Source: the human T2T-CHM13v2.0 reference genome, Homo sapiens. From it: 64,000 bases of DNA. The stretch is taken from the NCBI RefSeq assembly GCF_009914755.1, contig NC_060939.1; one strand, given 5' to 3'. Of the stretch, positions 46,165 to 62,800 are shown piece by piece. Both the position numbers and the translations under genes were made by a program. Position 1 is the stretch's first letter; each line of letters opens with the position of its first letter. The notes under the pieces were generated by a model, which was not told the DNA's origin, ran no database searches, and saw only the letters and a program-made list of their open reading frames with translations.

Positions 46165-47366
46165 CTTTAAACCACTAACCTACACAGACTTTCAAATAAG
46201 TGCTGGGCTAACTTCTGATAACCTTCTGTCTGAAGCACATCCTCAGAGACACGTTTGATTCTGATAGGAGTGACAGGAGGTGATGGACATTTTTGCATTA
46301 AAATCCTAGTAAGTGATAAATGTGTGCATAGATCATTCTTTTGACTCTACACTTTATCTATGTCTTTGAGTTTTAGGTTCAAAGAACTGTTTTTATTTGC
46401 TTGTCACTATTATGAATGCTTGGACCTGTTTGATTTTCAGGTAGCATCTCCACTCCTAGAAATATCTCAAGGTTTTGTTCTAAATAAAAGTGCAGAGTAG
46501 AGGTGGTTTAATAATCATCACTTCTTGTCACATAAAGGCTGTGACTCCAGAGTTTGTTGCAGAAGAAGTGTTGTGAAAGAAATAATTAATATGATGGGTT
46601 TCGAATGCTGTGCTCCTTGAGAAGGTCGCTCACTCTCTGAGCTGGTCTATTCATCTGAGTAATGGGTCGCTGAGGGGCAAGGCCAAGGAGAAGGAAAGGA
46701 ACTCCTCTGCATGTCACTCTCTGACTCCTTAGTCCTTCCTCTCCTTTTTTTCTGAAATGAGGTCCATTTCCAAAGCTCTGCAACCTGGGGCCTGTGGAAA
46801 CTTAAGATCACTTGTGAGTTCCTAGATACTACATGCAGAATTTGGCATCTATGAGCATGTAGAAGTGGATAATTTTTGACAGTCTTCAATATATTCTTGT
46901 TTATATAATATTCTTAAGTATATTCCTAAAAATAATTAAGAACCATAAGCTGTGCTAGGGAAGTGGGCTCATGGCCTTATGTTAGTCTACTTGAATAAAA
47001 AGACAGTCAATGAGGTCAGTTTTCAGGTTTGGGTATTTTGATTACCTTTCCCCTTAGTTGTTTTAAATGAGCAAAGGAGTAATGGGGTTTTCCACCACAT
47101 AACAGAATATCTATGAGTCATCAGTGTCCTGAGAAGCTAAACGTCCTACTAAGGATCCTGCAAAGGGAAAACAGAAGAGGAACTTGCACTTTTTGAGAAC
47201 TTGCTGTGTGCCATAAGCCTAAGTCCCTATGTGGGAAGGATTCTACCCACACATGACAGAGGAGGAGACTGAAGCATGGTATGTTTAAATAAATTCTTCT
47301 GTATTGGAATGCTGATCTTTCTGCCTCCAAACCCACAACTTAAAAAAAAAAAAAAAAAAAAAAAAA

Positions 47367-47645
47367 GGTCAGGTGCAGTGGCTCATGCCTGTAAACTCTG
47401 CACTTTGGGAGGTGGAGACAGATGGATCACTTGAGGTCAAGAGTTCAAGAACAGCCTGGGCAACATGGTGAAACGCCCATCTCTACCAAAAAATACAAAA
47501 AAAATTAGCCAGGCATGAGAGAATCGTGAGAACCCGGGAGGCAGAGGTTTCAGTGAGCCAAGATTGTGCCACTGTGCTTCAACCTGGGCAACAGAATGAG
47601 AGACCCTGTCTCGAAATAAAATAAATAAATAAAATAAAAAATAAA
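47367..47645 (+). mobile_element. Alu (S/J type) with an internal right-arm deletion
   Basis: aattagccaggcatg is joined directly to agagaatcg. (TAAAA)n tail. Preceded by A25 at 47342-47366. Confidence 0.88.
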
Positions 47646-48289
47646 GTATTTAATTTTCTCAGATTATACATTTATTGTAAAATAAACAGAAATCACTCTA
47701 CTATCATCATAGCGTTTCCTTCCTTTCTCTAAATATATTGCCACAGCATGTATCCTTCCAGTATATACATATATACACATATATACACACACACAGTATG
47801 TATACATATATACATTTCCAAAGTTGTGATTATAATATATGTGCCATTTTCTATTCTCCTTTATTTCGCTTAATATAACATGAATATTTAACACTTATGA
47901 ACATCTTTTACTGATTATGTTATATTCTGAACAAAAATCTAGCATCATGTACTAACCCATTCAATTACCATTGCAGATGAAAGTTGTTTGCCTAATTTTA
48001 ATAAGGCTTATTATTTTAACAACCCTTATTATGTTTAAGCATAAAGGTGGTAGGATTCTTTTTACATGCTAGAGTCCTAGAAATAGACATAGGGAATGGA
48101 CCTTTGTAAGGATTTTTTTTATATTTGTTAAAATAGTGCAGAAAAGTTAAGTTCATCTACCTTCTCATTCATAGGAGTTGGCCTGTTTCATCTGTTTCAT
48201 GCATGTTTGTTAGTATTGCAGACCAGCAAATTTGTAAATTTCGTTAATTTGATTTTCTTAGAAAAAGAAATGGCGTTTTGCTGGAGAAA

Positions 48290-48500
48290 GCAGCATAGCG
48301 GAATGTAAAGCGGTAAAGCGTGTATGCTCTGGAGCCACAGACCTAGATGGTGAAGTCTAGCTCTGGTACTTGACAGGTATGTGGTCTTTAGACAAATCAT
48401 TTAACCTTTCTCCAGGCCTCAGTTTCCTCACCTTTGGAATTGAAAATATGACGCCTGCTTAAGAGGGGTATTTTGAAAATTTGAGCTAACATATGTAAGA
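48290..48500 (+). mobile_element. MIR
   Basis: ctctggagcc..acagacct, acaaatcatttaacct, gcctcagtttcctca. Confidence 0.7.
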
Positions 48501-48791
48501 GGGTATTCAGTAAGAATAGATAATGCAATTTCAGTTGACTTTTTTTTTTTTATTATACTTTAAGTTTTAGGGTACATGTGCACATTGTGCAGGTTAGTTA
48601 CATATGTGTACATGTGCACATTGTGCAGGTTAGTTACATATGTATACATGTGCCATGCTGGTGTGCTGCACCCACTAACTCATCATCTACCATTAGGTAT
48701 ATCTCCCAATGCTATCCCTCCCCCCTCCCCCACCCCACCACAGTCCCCAGAGTGTGATATTCCCCCTCCTGTGACCATGTGATCTCATTGT

Positions 48792-52607
<3,816 letters not shown>

Positions 52608-52670
52608 TATGATGTTAGCTGGTGATTTTGCTCGTTAGTTGATGCAGTTTCTTCCTAGTCTCGATGGTCT

Positions 52671-53687
52671 TTACATTTTGGCATGATTTTGCAGCGGCTG
52701 GTACTGGTTGTTCCTTTCCATGTTTAGTGCTTCCTTCAGGAGCTCTTGTAAGGCAGGCCTGGTGGTGACAAAATCTCTCAGCATTTGCTTGTCTGTAAAG
52801 GATTTTATTTCTCCTTCACTTATGAAGCTTAGTTTGGCTGGATGTGAAATTCTGGGTTGACAATTCTTTTCTTTAAGAATGTTGAATATTGGCCCCCACT
52901 CTCTTCTGGCTTGTGGGGTTTCTGCCGAGAGATCCGCTGTTAGTCTGATGGGCTTCCCTTTGAGGGTAACCCGACCTTTCTCTCTGGCTGCCCTTAACAT
53001 TTTTTCCTTCATTTCAACTTTGGTGAATCTGACAATTATGTGTCTTGGAGTTGCTCTTCTCGAGGAGTATCTCTGTGGCGTTCTCTGTATTTCCTGAATC
53101 TGAACGTTGGCCTGCCTTGCTAGATTGGGGAAGTTTTCCTGGATAATATCCTGCAGAGTGTTTTCCAACTTGGTTCCATTCTCCCCATCACTTTCAGGTA
53201 CACCAATCAGATGTAGATTTGGTCTTTTCACATAGTCCCATATTTCTTGGAGGCTTTGCTCATTTCTTTTTATTCTTTTTTCTCTAAACTTCCCTTCTCT
53301 CTTCATTTCATTCATTTCACCTTCCATTGCTGATACCCTTTCTTCCAGTTGATTGCATCGGCTCCTGAGGCTTCTGCATTCTTCACGTAGTTCTCGAGCC
53401 TTGGTTTTCAGCTCCATCAGCTCCTTTAAGCACTTCTCTGTATTGGTTATTCTAGTTATACATTCTTCTAAATTTTTTTCAAAGTTTTCAACTTCTTTGC
53501 CTTTGCTTTGAATGTCCTCCCGTAGCTCAGAGTAATTTGATCGTCTGAAGCCTTCTTCTCTCAGCTCGTCAAAGTCATTCTCCATCCAGCTTTGTTCCGT
53601 TGCTGGTGAGGAACTGCGTTCCTTTGGAGGAGGAGAGGTGCTCTGCGTTTTAGAGTTTCCCGTTTTTCTGTTCTGTTTTTTCCCCAT
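52671..53687 (-). CDS. L1 ORF1p, intact 338-aa reading frame
   Basis: MGKKQNRKTGNSKTQS...ARREWGPIF...QNHAKM; full-length match to human-type ORF1p. Confidence 0.92.
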   Translation of the reverse strand: MGKKQNRKTGNSKTQSTSPPPKERSSSPATEQSWMENDFDELREEGFRRSNYSELREDIQSKGKEVENFEKNLEECITRITNTEKCLKELMELKTKARELREECRSLRSRCNQLEERVSAMEGEMNEMKREGKFREKRIKRNEQSLQEIWDYVKRPNLHLIGVPESDGENGTKLENTLQDIIQENFPNLARQANVQIQEIQRTPQRYSSRRATPRHIIVRFTKVEMKEKMLRAAREKGRVTLKGKPIRLTADLSAETPQARREWGPIFNILKEKNCQPRISHPAKLSFISEGEIKSFTDKQMLRDFVTTRPALQELLKEALNMERNNQYQPLQNHAKM

Positions 53688-54592
53688 CTTTGTGGTTTTA
53701 TCTGCTTTTGGTCTTTGATGATGGTGATGTACAGATGGGTTTTTGGTGTGGATGTCCTTTCTGTTTGTTAGTTTTCCTTCTAACAGACAGGACCCTCAGC
53801 TGCAGGTCTGTTGGAATACCCTGCCTTGTGAGATGTCAGTGTGCCCCTGCTGGGGGGTGCCTCCCAGTTAGGCTGCTCAGGGGTTGGGGTCAGGGACCCA
53901 CTTGAGGAGGCAGTCTGCCTGTTCTCAGATCTCCAGCTGCGTGCTGGGAGAACCACTGCTCTCTTCAAAGCTGTCAGACAGGGACATTTAAGTCTGCAGA
54001 GGTTACTGCTGTCCTCTTGTTTGTCTGTGCCCTGCCCCCAGAGGTGGAGCCTACAGAGGCAGGCAGGCCTCCTTGAGCTGTGGTGGGCTCCACCCAGTTC
54101 GAGCTTCCCAGCTGCTTTGTTTACCTAAGCAAGCCTGGGCAATGGCGGGTGCCCCTCCCCCAGCCTCGCTGCTGCCTTGCAGTTTGATCTCAGACTGCTG
54201 TGCTAGCAATCAGCGAGATTCCGTGGGCGTAGGACCCTCCGAGCCAGGTGTGGGATATAATCTCGTGGTGCACCGGTTTTTAAGCCGGTCTGAAAAGCGC
54301 AATATTTGGGTGGGAGTGACCCAATTTTCCAGGTGCGTCCGTCACCCCTTTCTTTGACTCGGAAAGGGAACTCCCTGACCCCTTGCGCTTCCCAAGTGAG
54401 GCAGTGCCTCGCCCTGCTTTGGCTCGCGCACGGTGTGCGCACCCACTGACCTGCGCCCACTGTCTGGCACTCCCTAGTGAGATGAACCCGGTACCTCAGA
54501 TGGAAATGCAGAAATCACCCGTCTTCTGCGTCACTCACGCTGGGAGCTGTAGACTGGAGCTGTTCCTATTTGGCCATCTTGGCTCCTCTCTC
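53688..54592 (-). promoter_or_regulatory. L1 5' UTR internal sense promoter and antisense promoter; YY1 site
   Basis: ggccatcttg (minus strand caagatggcc) at 54572-54581. CpG-rich relative to the flanks. Confidence 0.75.
54142..54357 (+). CDS. L1 ORF0 (antisense 5' UTR ORF), intact 71 aa
   Basis: MAGAPPPASLLPCSLISDCCASNQRDSVGVGPSEPG...RCVRHPFL; ATG at 54142. Confidence 0.8.
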   Translation: MAGAPPPASLLPCSLISDCCASNQRDSVGVGPSEPGVGYNLVVHRFLSRSEKRNIWVGVTQFSRCVRHPFL

Positions 54593-54929
54593 TCAGTTGA
54601 CTTTTTAATTTCCACCATTTGATTGTTCATTTGTGTCCACTCCATTTTGAATTATTTGTTCATATCCGTAGCCCCCCTCCTTGTCAGCAGGTTCTCCGTG
54701 TTGAATTTATCAACTTCTTATTTAAAATGTTGGGAATATTGCCTCTACCGGTCATTTCCATCACATCAGATCAGGAGGCCCATAGGTAAAGGTGCTGATC
54801 TCCCAGGTAGCTGTTCCTGGAAGATGTACAGCTACAAGGCACTGAAGCCAGAGTCAGGCTATTCCAGAGTGGCATGGGCAGCCTAGGGCAGTGAAGAGGC
54901 CATGCTAGCCATAGAGTTCAGTTGAGTCC

Positions 54930-56520
54930 GAGGCACACGATGAACTATTGGGGTGTAGGAAGAAAATATTAGAACCCTAATTTATATTTACTTTTTAATC
55001 TAAGAAAATAAAATAAAATAAACTAAGCTAGATAACATTTAAATACAGACCTGGCACCCTGAGTTGGCCTATGTTGGGCAGCCCTGAGTGTGAATTGTGA
55101 AGAACCCTTACAGGGGAGTTGAAATTCCACTGTGGAGAAGGGCTGAGCAGTGCCCTTGCGTATCTGTGGGCATTCAGCATGCACTTTATGTGTGCCACTG
55201 CTAAGTAAGTTTATGGATTATAGTATCTTAAGTAGTGCATATACACACATACGCACAGATTAAAGCTAAGATTATTTATTATAAACTTAGCACCATTATA
55301 TTATGTATAGGATTATCCAAATGTATATGCATATGCATAATATTATGTAAAGGATTATATATGTCTATATAGATAAATATGCGTACATAAAGTATTAAGG
55401 ATATTTAGATGTATAAAATTATGTTCAAAATTTTTGTAAAAGGCATAAGTACATATGCAATTCTGATTACAATAGGATAATAAATCTGTATAGAGTTATG
55501 TTTTTCTGTGTATATATATGATATCATGTGTTTATATAAGTACTCACAAAACATATGTGTCTATATAGATAGATGTTTTGCATATGTGATTAACGGATGT
55601 TTTCTAAGAAAATGTTTATGGATATGATTAAGTATATGTATATACAAAGGCTTGAATATGCTTGCGTTATGTGTATCCCATGTGTTTTGTAACCACAAAA
55701 AGGTTACTTGATTGCCTTGCAGCAATATATTTGAAGAGTTTTCAAAATGAAAGATGCATACACATTTTTATTTTTAAGCATATAAATATTGCACATTTGC
55801 TAACATTTTCTTTGGTAAGAAGTGACTCCCAGACCATCTCCCAGTAGATATTATAAACACAACCCCCCACACACACATACACACACACATCATTGATCCA
55901 CTCCTTCAAAGTGAAAATAAAATTTTAACAGCAAATGAGAAGGTAACACTCAGATGTGCAAAATTTAAAAACCATGGAAATGAAATTTTTTAAGTAAGTT
56001 TAAATAATAAACAAAATGTTTGACTGGGCTTTGAAATCTTTTGTTAAAAATATAAAAACAAACCATCATGTGACTAGCTTGCAAGAGCAACTGATTACCA
56101 TCAGGAAACGTGGAAATGTACCACCAGGAAAGCCAAATTTAATGAAATATATTGAAATATATATTGAATTTAATGAAGTATAATTGGTGAATGGTATTAA
56201 AAAGGAGTAACCTAATTTGGCAAATTTAGCCAAAATACACCATTTCCTTTGTGATCTATGAATCTCGTGAAATGGCTTTTCAGTTCTGAGAGGCATTACG
56301 AAGAGAATCAAAATAAAATCAACTTAGAGCCATGACTTTAAATAACTGTATCAAAAAAAATTAATGCATACTTTAAAAAATAATACATCTTTTCATAAAA
56401 CATTACTAAAATTTAATAATGTGATGGATAATATTTAGTGAGAGTAAAATAAGTTGAACAATTTAAAAAATTTTTTAAAACTAATTTCTTTTTCATCCTT
56501 TAAAAATTTGCTATTTAATG
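54930..56520 (+). mobile_element. Decayed hAT (Charlie-type) DNA transposon with transposase C-terminal remnant, interrupted by AT-rich low-complexity DNA
   Basis: Near 56200-56350, frameshifted peptides resemble the hAT dimerization motif (E*PNLANLA...EMAF/SVL...NKINLE). Confidence 0.5.
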
Positions 56521-57041
56521 TATAATTGACACTTATTAGTAATGTATATAATTTATAAACGTATACTTAGATATAAAATTATATGCACATACAATCCCAA
56601 TGTGTACATATGTAATAGTGTGTTTAATACATATATGTGTGTGTATATATACATATATGTACATACACGTGTGTGCTGTACACTTAAATATTTGCAATGC
56701 TTGGGGGACAAGATCAAAAATATGTTTGGAAACCACTGTTTTAAGTAGAGTAAGTTCAGAAGAGTCTTTTCCCAAGTACATATTGATAACTTACTCCACA
56801 CATAGCTCAGGTACATGAGCCTTTATACACCATTGTACAGTCTAGAGAAGTAATAGCAATGTACTCCTGGAGTCCCACAGCAAAGTAAAGGGAAGACCAA
56901 ACTCTGTGCACTTCCTCTCACCCTTATCCAGGCCTTGATAAGTCAAGGCAGTGACTTGATTTTCAGCCTGAGTTTTTAGCAAGCTGCAGACTTTAAAAGG
57001 TTCAACGATTATTGATATGAAAATAAAAACTGAATTAAAAA

Positions 57042-57197
57042 CAGTGTTGGGCTGGTAAATGTTTTACAGCTGCTCTCAAGACAAAAGCCCTGATTTAGCA
57101 TTTACCTATTTCTGTGGTGTAAATACTTCCACCATGGTCAATTTCAAGCTACCAAGATGTTGCTGAATGCTGAGGTTGGAAGAGAGGCACGCAATCC
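57042..57197. mobile_element. MER63-like hAT element, left part (right part at about 63428-63487)
   Basis: gctggtaaatgttt...aaagccctgattt...gtggtgtaaatact.ccaccatgg..aatttcaagctacca. The remainder (gctctcg...cagca..acactg) resumes after the L1. Confidence 0.7.
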
Positions 57198-57941
57198 ATT
57201 GAGTGGGACCTTTCAACTGGGCCTTCAGCCATCCCTGCCAGTGTTCACCAGCCGACAGAGATTTGAATTCTCCCTGGGACAGAGAACAGGGAAGGGCAGG
57301 CCACCATCTTTGCTGTTTGGGTGACTCAGCCACTCCAGTCTGTGGGCTTTGGAGAGCCCAAGCCAACGAGGACAGAAGCAGTACCCCAGCACAGCACAGT
57401 TGCTCCATGAAAGCATGGCCAGACTGCTTCTTTAAACAAGTCCCTGATCCCGTTCCTTTTCACTGGGCAGAATCTCACAACTGGGGCCTCCAGCCACACA
57501 TACCGATGTTCTCTGGCTGACAGAGATTTGAAAACTTCCTGGGACAGAGCTCCCAGAGGGAGAGGTGGGCTGCCATCTTTGCTGTTTGGGCAACTTAGCT
57601 GTTCCAGCCTCCAGGCTTTGGAGAGCACAAGACAATCAAGGGTGGAAATGGTACCCCAACCCAGCACAGCTGATCTATGAAAGCATGGCCAGAGTGCTTC
57701 TTTAAGTGGGTCTCCAATCCTGTTCCTCCTGACAGAGTGAGGCCTCCCAACTGGGGTCTCCAACCATCTCTTACAGGTGTGTTCAGGCCAGGAACAGGTC
57801 CTGAGTAGAGCTCCCAGAGGAAGGAGCAGGCTGCCATCTTTGCTGTTTTGCAGTCTTCACTGGTGATACCTCCAGCTACTAGAAAATCTGAGGCGACTAG
57901 GGACTGGAGTGGACCACCAGCAAAGCAAAAGACCCCTATAG

Positions 57942-58248
<307 letters not shown>

Positions 58249-59769
58249 CATGGCCAGACTATTAAAAAGCAAAAAATAAAAAATAAAAAAATAAAAAATA
58301 TCCAAAGGTCAGAAACCTCAAAGACTGAAGGTAGATAAGCCCTCAAAAATGAGAAATAATTAGTGCAGGAATGCTGAAAACTCAAAAAGCCAAGGTGTCC
58401 TCTTTCCTGCAAATGACCACATATCTCTCCAGCAATGGTTTGGAACTGGGCTGAGGCTGAGATGGCTTAAATGACGGAAGTAGAATTCATAATACGGATA
58501 GGAGCAAACTTCACTGAGCTAAAGGAGTACATTGTAACCCAATGCAAAGAAGATAAAAATCATGATAAAACAGTGCAGGAGCTGACAGACAAAATAGTCA
58601 GTATAGAGGAAAACATAACTGACCTGATAGATCTGAAAAACACGCTACAAGAACGTCATAATGCACAAGTATTAATAGCAGAATAGACCAAGTGGAGGAA
58701 GGAATCTCAGAACTTGAAGACTGGCTTTCTGAAATAAAACAGACACACAAGAATGGAGAAAAGGAATGAAAAGAAATGAACAGAACCTCTGAGAAATATG
58801 GAATTATGTAAAGAGACAAAATCTATGACTGGTTGGTGTATCTGAAAGAGATGGGAGGAATGGAACCAACCTGGAAAACACATTTCAGGATATCACCCAT
58901 GAGAACTTCCCCAACCTAGCTATACAGGCCAACATTCAAATTCAGGAAATGCAGAGAATCTTAGTAAGATACTCCATGAGAAAATCATCCCCAAGACACA
59001 TAATCATCAGATTCTTCAAGGTCAAAATGAAGAAGAAAAGGTTAAGGGCAGCTAGGGAGGAAGGCCAGGTCACCTACAAAGGGAAGCCCATCAGACTAAC
59101 AGCAGACCTCTCAGTAGAAACTCTACAAGCCAGAAGAGATTGGGGGCCAATATTCGATATTCTAAAGAAAAGAAATTCCAAACCAGAATTTTATATTGGG
59201 CCAAACTAAGCTTCATAAGCAAAGGAGAAATAAAATCCTTTTCAGACAAGCAAATCCTAAGGGAATTCATTACCACCAGACCTGCCTTACAAGAGCTTCT
59301 GAAGGAAGCACTAAATATGGAAAGGAAAGACCATTACTAGCCACTACAAAAACACACTGAAGTACACAGTCCAGTGACACTATAAAGCAACCACAAAAAC
59401 AAGTCTGCAAAATAACCAGCTAACATCATGATGACAGGGTCAATTCCACACATATCAATACTAACTTTAAATGTAAATGGGCTAAATGTCCCAATTAAAA
59501 CACAAAGAGTGGCAAGCTGGATAAAGAGCTAAGACCCATTGGTATGCTGTCTTCCAGACACTCATCTCACATGTAATGACACATATAGGCTCAAAATAAA
59601 AGGATGGAGAAAAATCTACCAAGCAAATGGAGAAACAGAAAAAAGCAGGGGTTGCAATCCTAGTTTCTAACAAAGCAGACTTTAAGCCAACAAAGATTTA
59701 AAAAGACAAAGAGGACATTACATAATGGTAAAGGATTCAATTCAACAAGAAGATCTAACTTTCCTAAAT

Positions 59770-59838
59770 GAACTTGCTTTATGAATCTGGGTGCTCCTGT
59801 GTTGGGTGCATATGCACCCAGATTTATAAAGCAAGTTC
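59770..59838. repeat. Inverted repeat (25-bp arms, 19-nt spacer) made by inverted duplication inside L1 ORF2
   Basis: gaacttgctttatgaatctgggtgc (59770-59794) vs gcacccagatttataaagcaagttc (59814-59838); 24/25 complementary. Confidence 0.95.
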
Positions 59839-62800
59839 TTAGAGACCCTCAAAGACACATAGACTCCCACAATATAATAATGGGAGATTTTAACAACAAA
59901 CTGACATTAGACAGATCATCAAGACAGAAACTTAATAAAGATATTCAGGCCCTGAACTCAGCACTGGATCAAACGGAACCTGGTAGATATCTACAGAACT
60001 CCTCACCAAAAATCAACAGACTATATGTTCTTCTGATTGCCACATGACACTTAATCTAAAACTGATCACATAATCAGAAGTAAAACCCTCCTCAGCATAT
60101 GTAAAAGAACTAAAATCATAACAAACAGTCTCTCAGACCGCAGCACAATAAAATTAGAACTCAAGACTAAGAAATTCACTTTTGCATGACTTTGGGGTAA
60201 ATAATGAATTGAAGGCAGAGATCAAGAAGTTCTTTGAAACTGATGAGAACAAAGATACAGCATACCAGAATCTCTGGGACACAGCTAAGGCAGTGTTAAG
60301 AGGGAAATTTATAGCACTGAATGTCCACATCAAAAAGTTTGAAGGATCTCAAGTTAACAACCTAACATCACAATTAAAAGAACTAGAGAACCAAGAGCAA
60401 ACCAATCACAAAGCTAGCAGAAGACAAGAAATAACCAAAATCGGAGGAGAACTAAAGGAGATAGAAACATAAAAAACCATTCAAAAGAACAATGAGTCCA
60501 GGAGCTGGCTTTTTGAAAAACATTAATAAAATAGACCACTAGCTAAACTAATAAAGAAGAAAAGAGAGAACATTCAAATAAACACGATCAGAAATGATAA
60601 GGGGATATTACCACTGACCCCACAGAAATACAAACAACCATCAGATAATATTATGAACACATCTATGCACATAGACTAGAAAATCTAGAAGAAATAGATA
60701 AATTCCTGGACACATACACCATCCCAAGACTGAACCAGGAATAAACTGAATCCCTGAACAGATCAATAATGAGTTCTGAAATTGAGGCAGTAATAAATAG
60801 CTTACCAACCCTAAAAAGCCCAAGACCAGATGGATTCACAGATGAATTCCACCAGAGGTACAAAAAAGAGCTGGTACCATTCCTACTGAAACTATTTCAA
60901 AAAACTGAGGAGGAGGGACTCCTCCCTAACTCATTCTATGAAGTCAGCATCATCCTGACACCAAAACCTAGCAGATACAACAAAAAAAGAAAACTTCAGG
61001 CCAATATCTTGGATGAATATCAAAGCAAAAAATTCTCAACAAAATACTGGCAAACTGAATCCATCAGCACATCAAAAAGCTTATCCACCATGATCAAGTA
61101 GGCCTCATCCCCAGGATGCAAGGTTAGTTAACATATGCAAATCAATAATGTGAGTCATCACATAGACAGAACTAAAGACAAAAAAAAAAAAACCACATCA
61201 TTATCTCAATAGATGCAGAAAAGGCTTCCAATAAAATTCAATATCCCTTCATGTTAAAAACTCTCAATAAACTACTATTGAGGGAACATACCTCAAAATA
61301 ATAAGAACCATATATGATAAAATCACTGTCAACGTCACACTGAATGGGCAAAAGCTGGAAGCATTCCCCTTGAAAATTGGCAAAGACAGGGATGCTGTTT
61401 CTCACTAGTCCTATTCAACATAGTATTGAAAGTTCTGGCCAGGGCAATCAGGCAAGAGAAAGAAATAAACGGCATTCACATAGGAAGAGAGGAAGTCAAA
61501 CTATCCCTGTTTGCAGGTGACATGATCTTGTATCTAGAAAACCCCATTGTCTCAGCCCAAATGCTTCTTAAGCTGATCAACAAGTTCAGAAAAGTCTCAG
61601 GATACAAAATCAATGTGCAAAAATTACTAGCACTCCTATAAACCAGCAACAGTCAAGCCAAGAGCCAAATCAGAAACAAACTCTCATTCACAATTGCCAT
61701 AAAAGGCATAAAATACTAGGAATACAGTTAACTAGGAAAGTGAATGTTCTCTACAAGGAGAGCTACAAACCACTGTTCAAATATATCAGAGATGACACAA
61801 GCAAATGGAAAAACATTCCATGCTGATAGGAAGAATCAATATTGTGAAAATGGCCATACTGCCCAAAGAAATTTATAGATTCATTGCTATGCCCATTAAA
61901 CTACCATTGACACTCTTCACAGAACTAGGAAAAAAAACTATTTTAAGATCCACATGGAACCAAAAAATAGCACAGAATAGCCAAGGCAATCCTAAGAAAA
62001 AAGAACAAAGCTAGAGGTAGCATGCTACCTGACTTCAAACTATACTACAAGGCTACAGTAACCAAAACAGCATGGTACTGGCACAAAAACAGACACACAG
62101 ACTAATGAAACAGAATAGAAAACCCAGAAATAAACACCACTTACAACTACCAAATCTTCAACAAATCTGACAAAAACAAGCAATGGAGAAATGATTCCCT
62201 ATTCAATAAATGCTGTTGGAATAACTGGCTAGCCATAAGAAGAAAATTGAAACTGGACCCCTTCCTTACACTATATACAAAAATTAACTCAAGATAGATT
62301 AAAGACTTAAATGTAGAACCCAAAACTATAAAACCCCTGGAAGGCAACCTAGGCAATACCATCTAGGACATAGGCACAGGCAAAGATTTCATGACAAAGA
62401 TGCCAAAAGCAATTGCAAGAAAAGCAAAAATTGACAAATGGGATCTAATTAAACTAAAAAGCTTCTGCACAGGAAAAGAAACTATCAACAGAGTAAAGAG
62501 ACAACCTACAAAATGAGAGAAAACTTTTGCAAACTATGCATCCAACAAAGGTCTAATATCCAGCATCTATAAGGAACTTGAACAAATGTACAAGAAAAAA
62601 ACAAACAACCCCACTAAAAAGTGGGCAAAAACACGAACAGACACTTCTTAGAAGACATACATGTGGCCAACAATCATTATGAAAAAAAATTAAAACATTG
62701 CTGATCATTAGAGAAATGCAAATCAAAGCCACAATGAGATACCATCTCACACCAGTCAGAATCGCTATTATTAAAAAGTCAAAAAATAACAGATGCTGGC

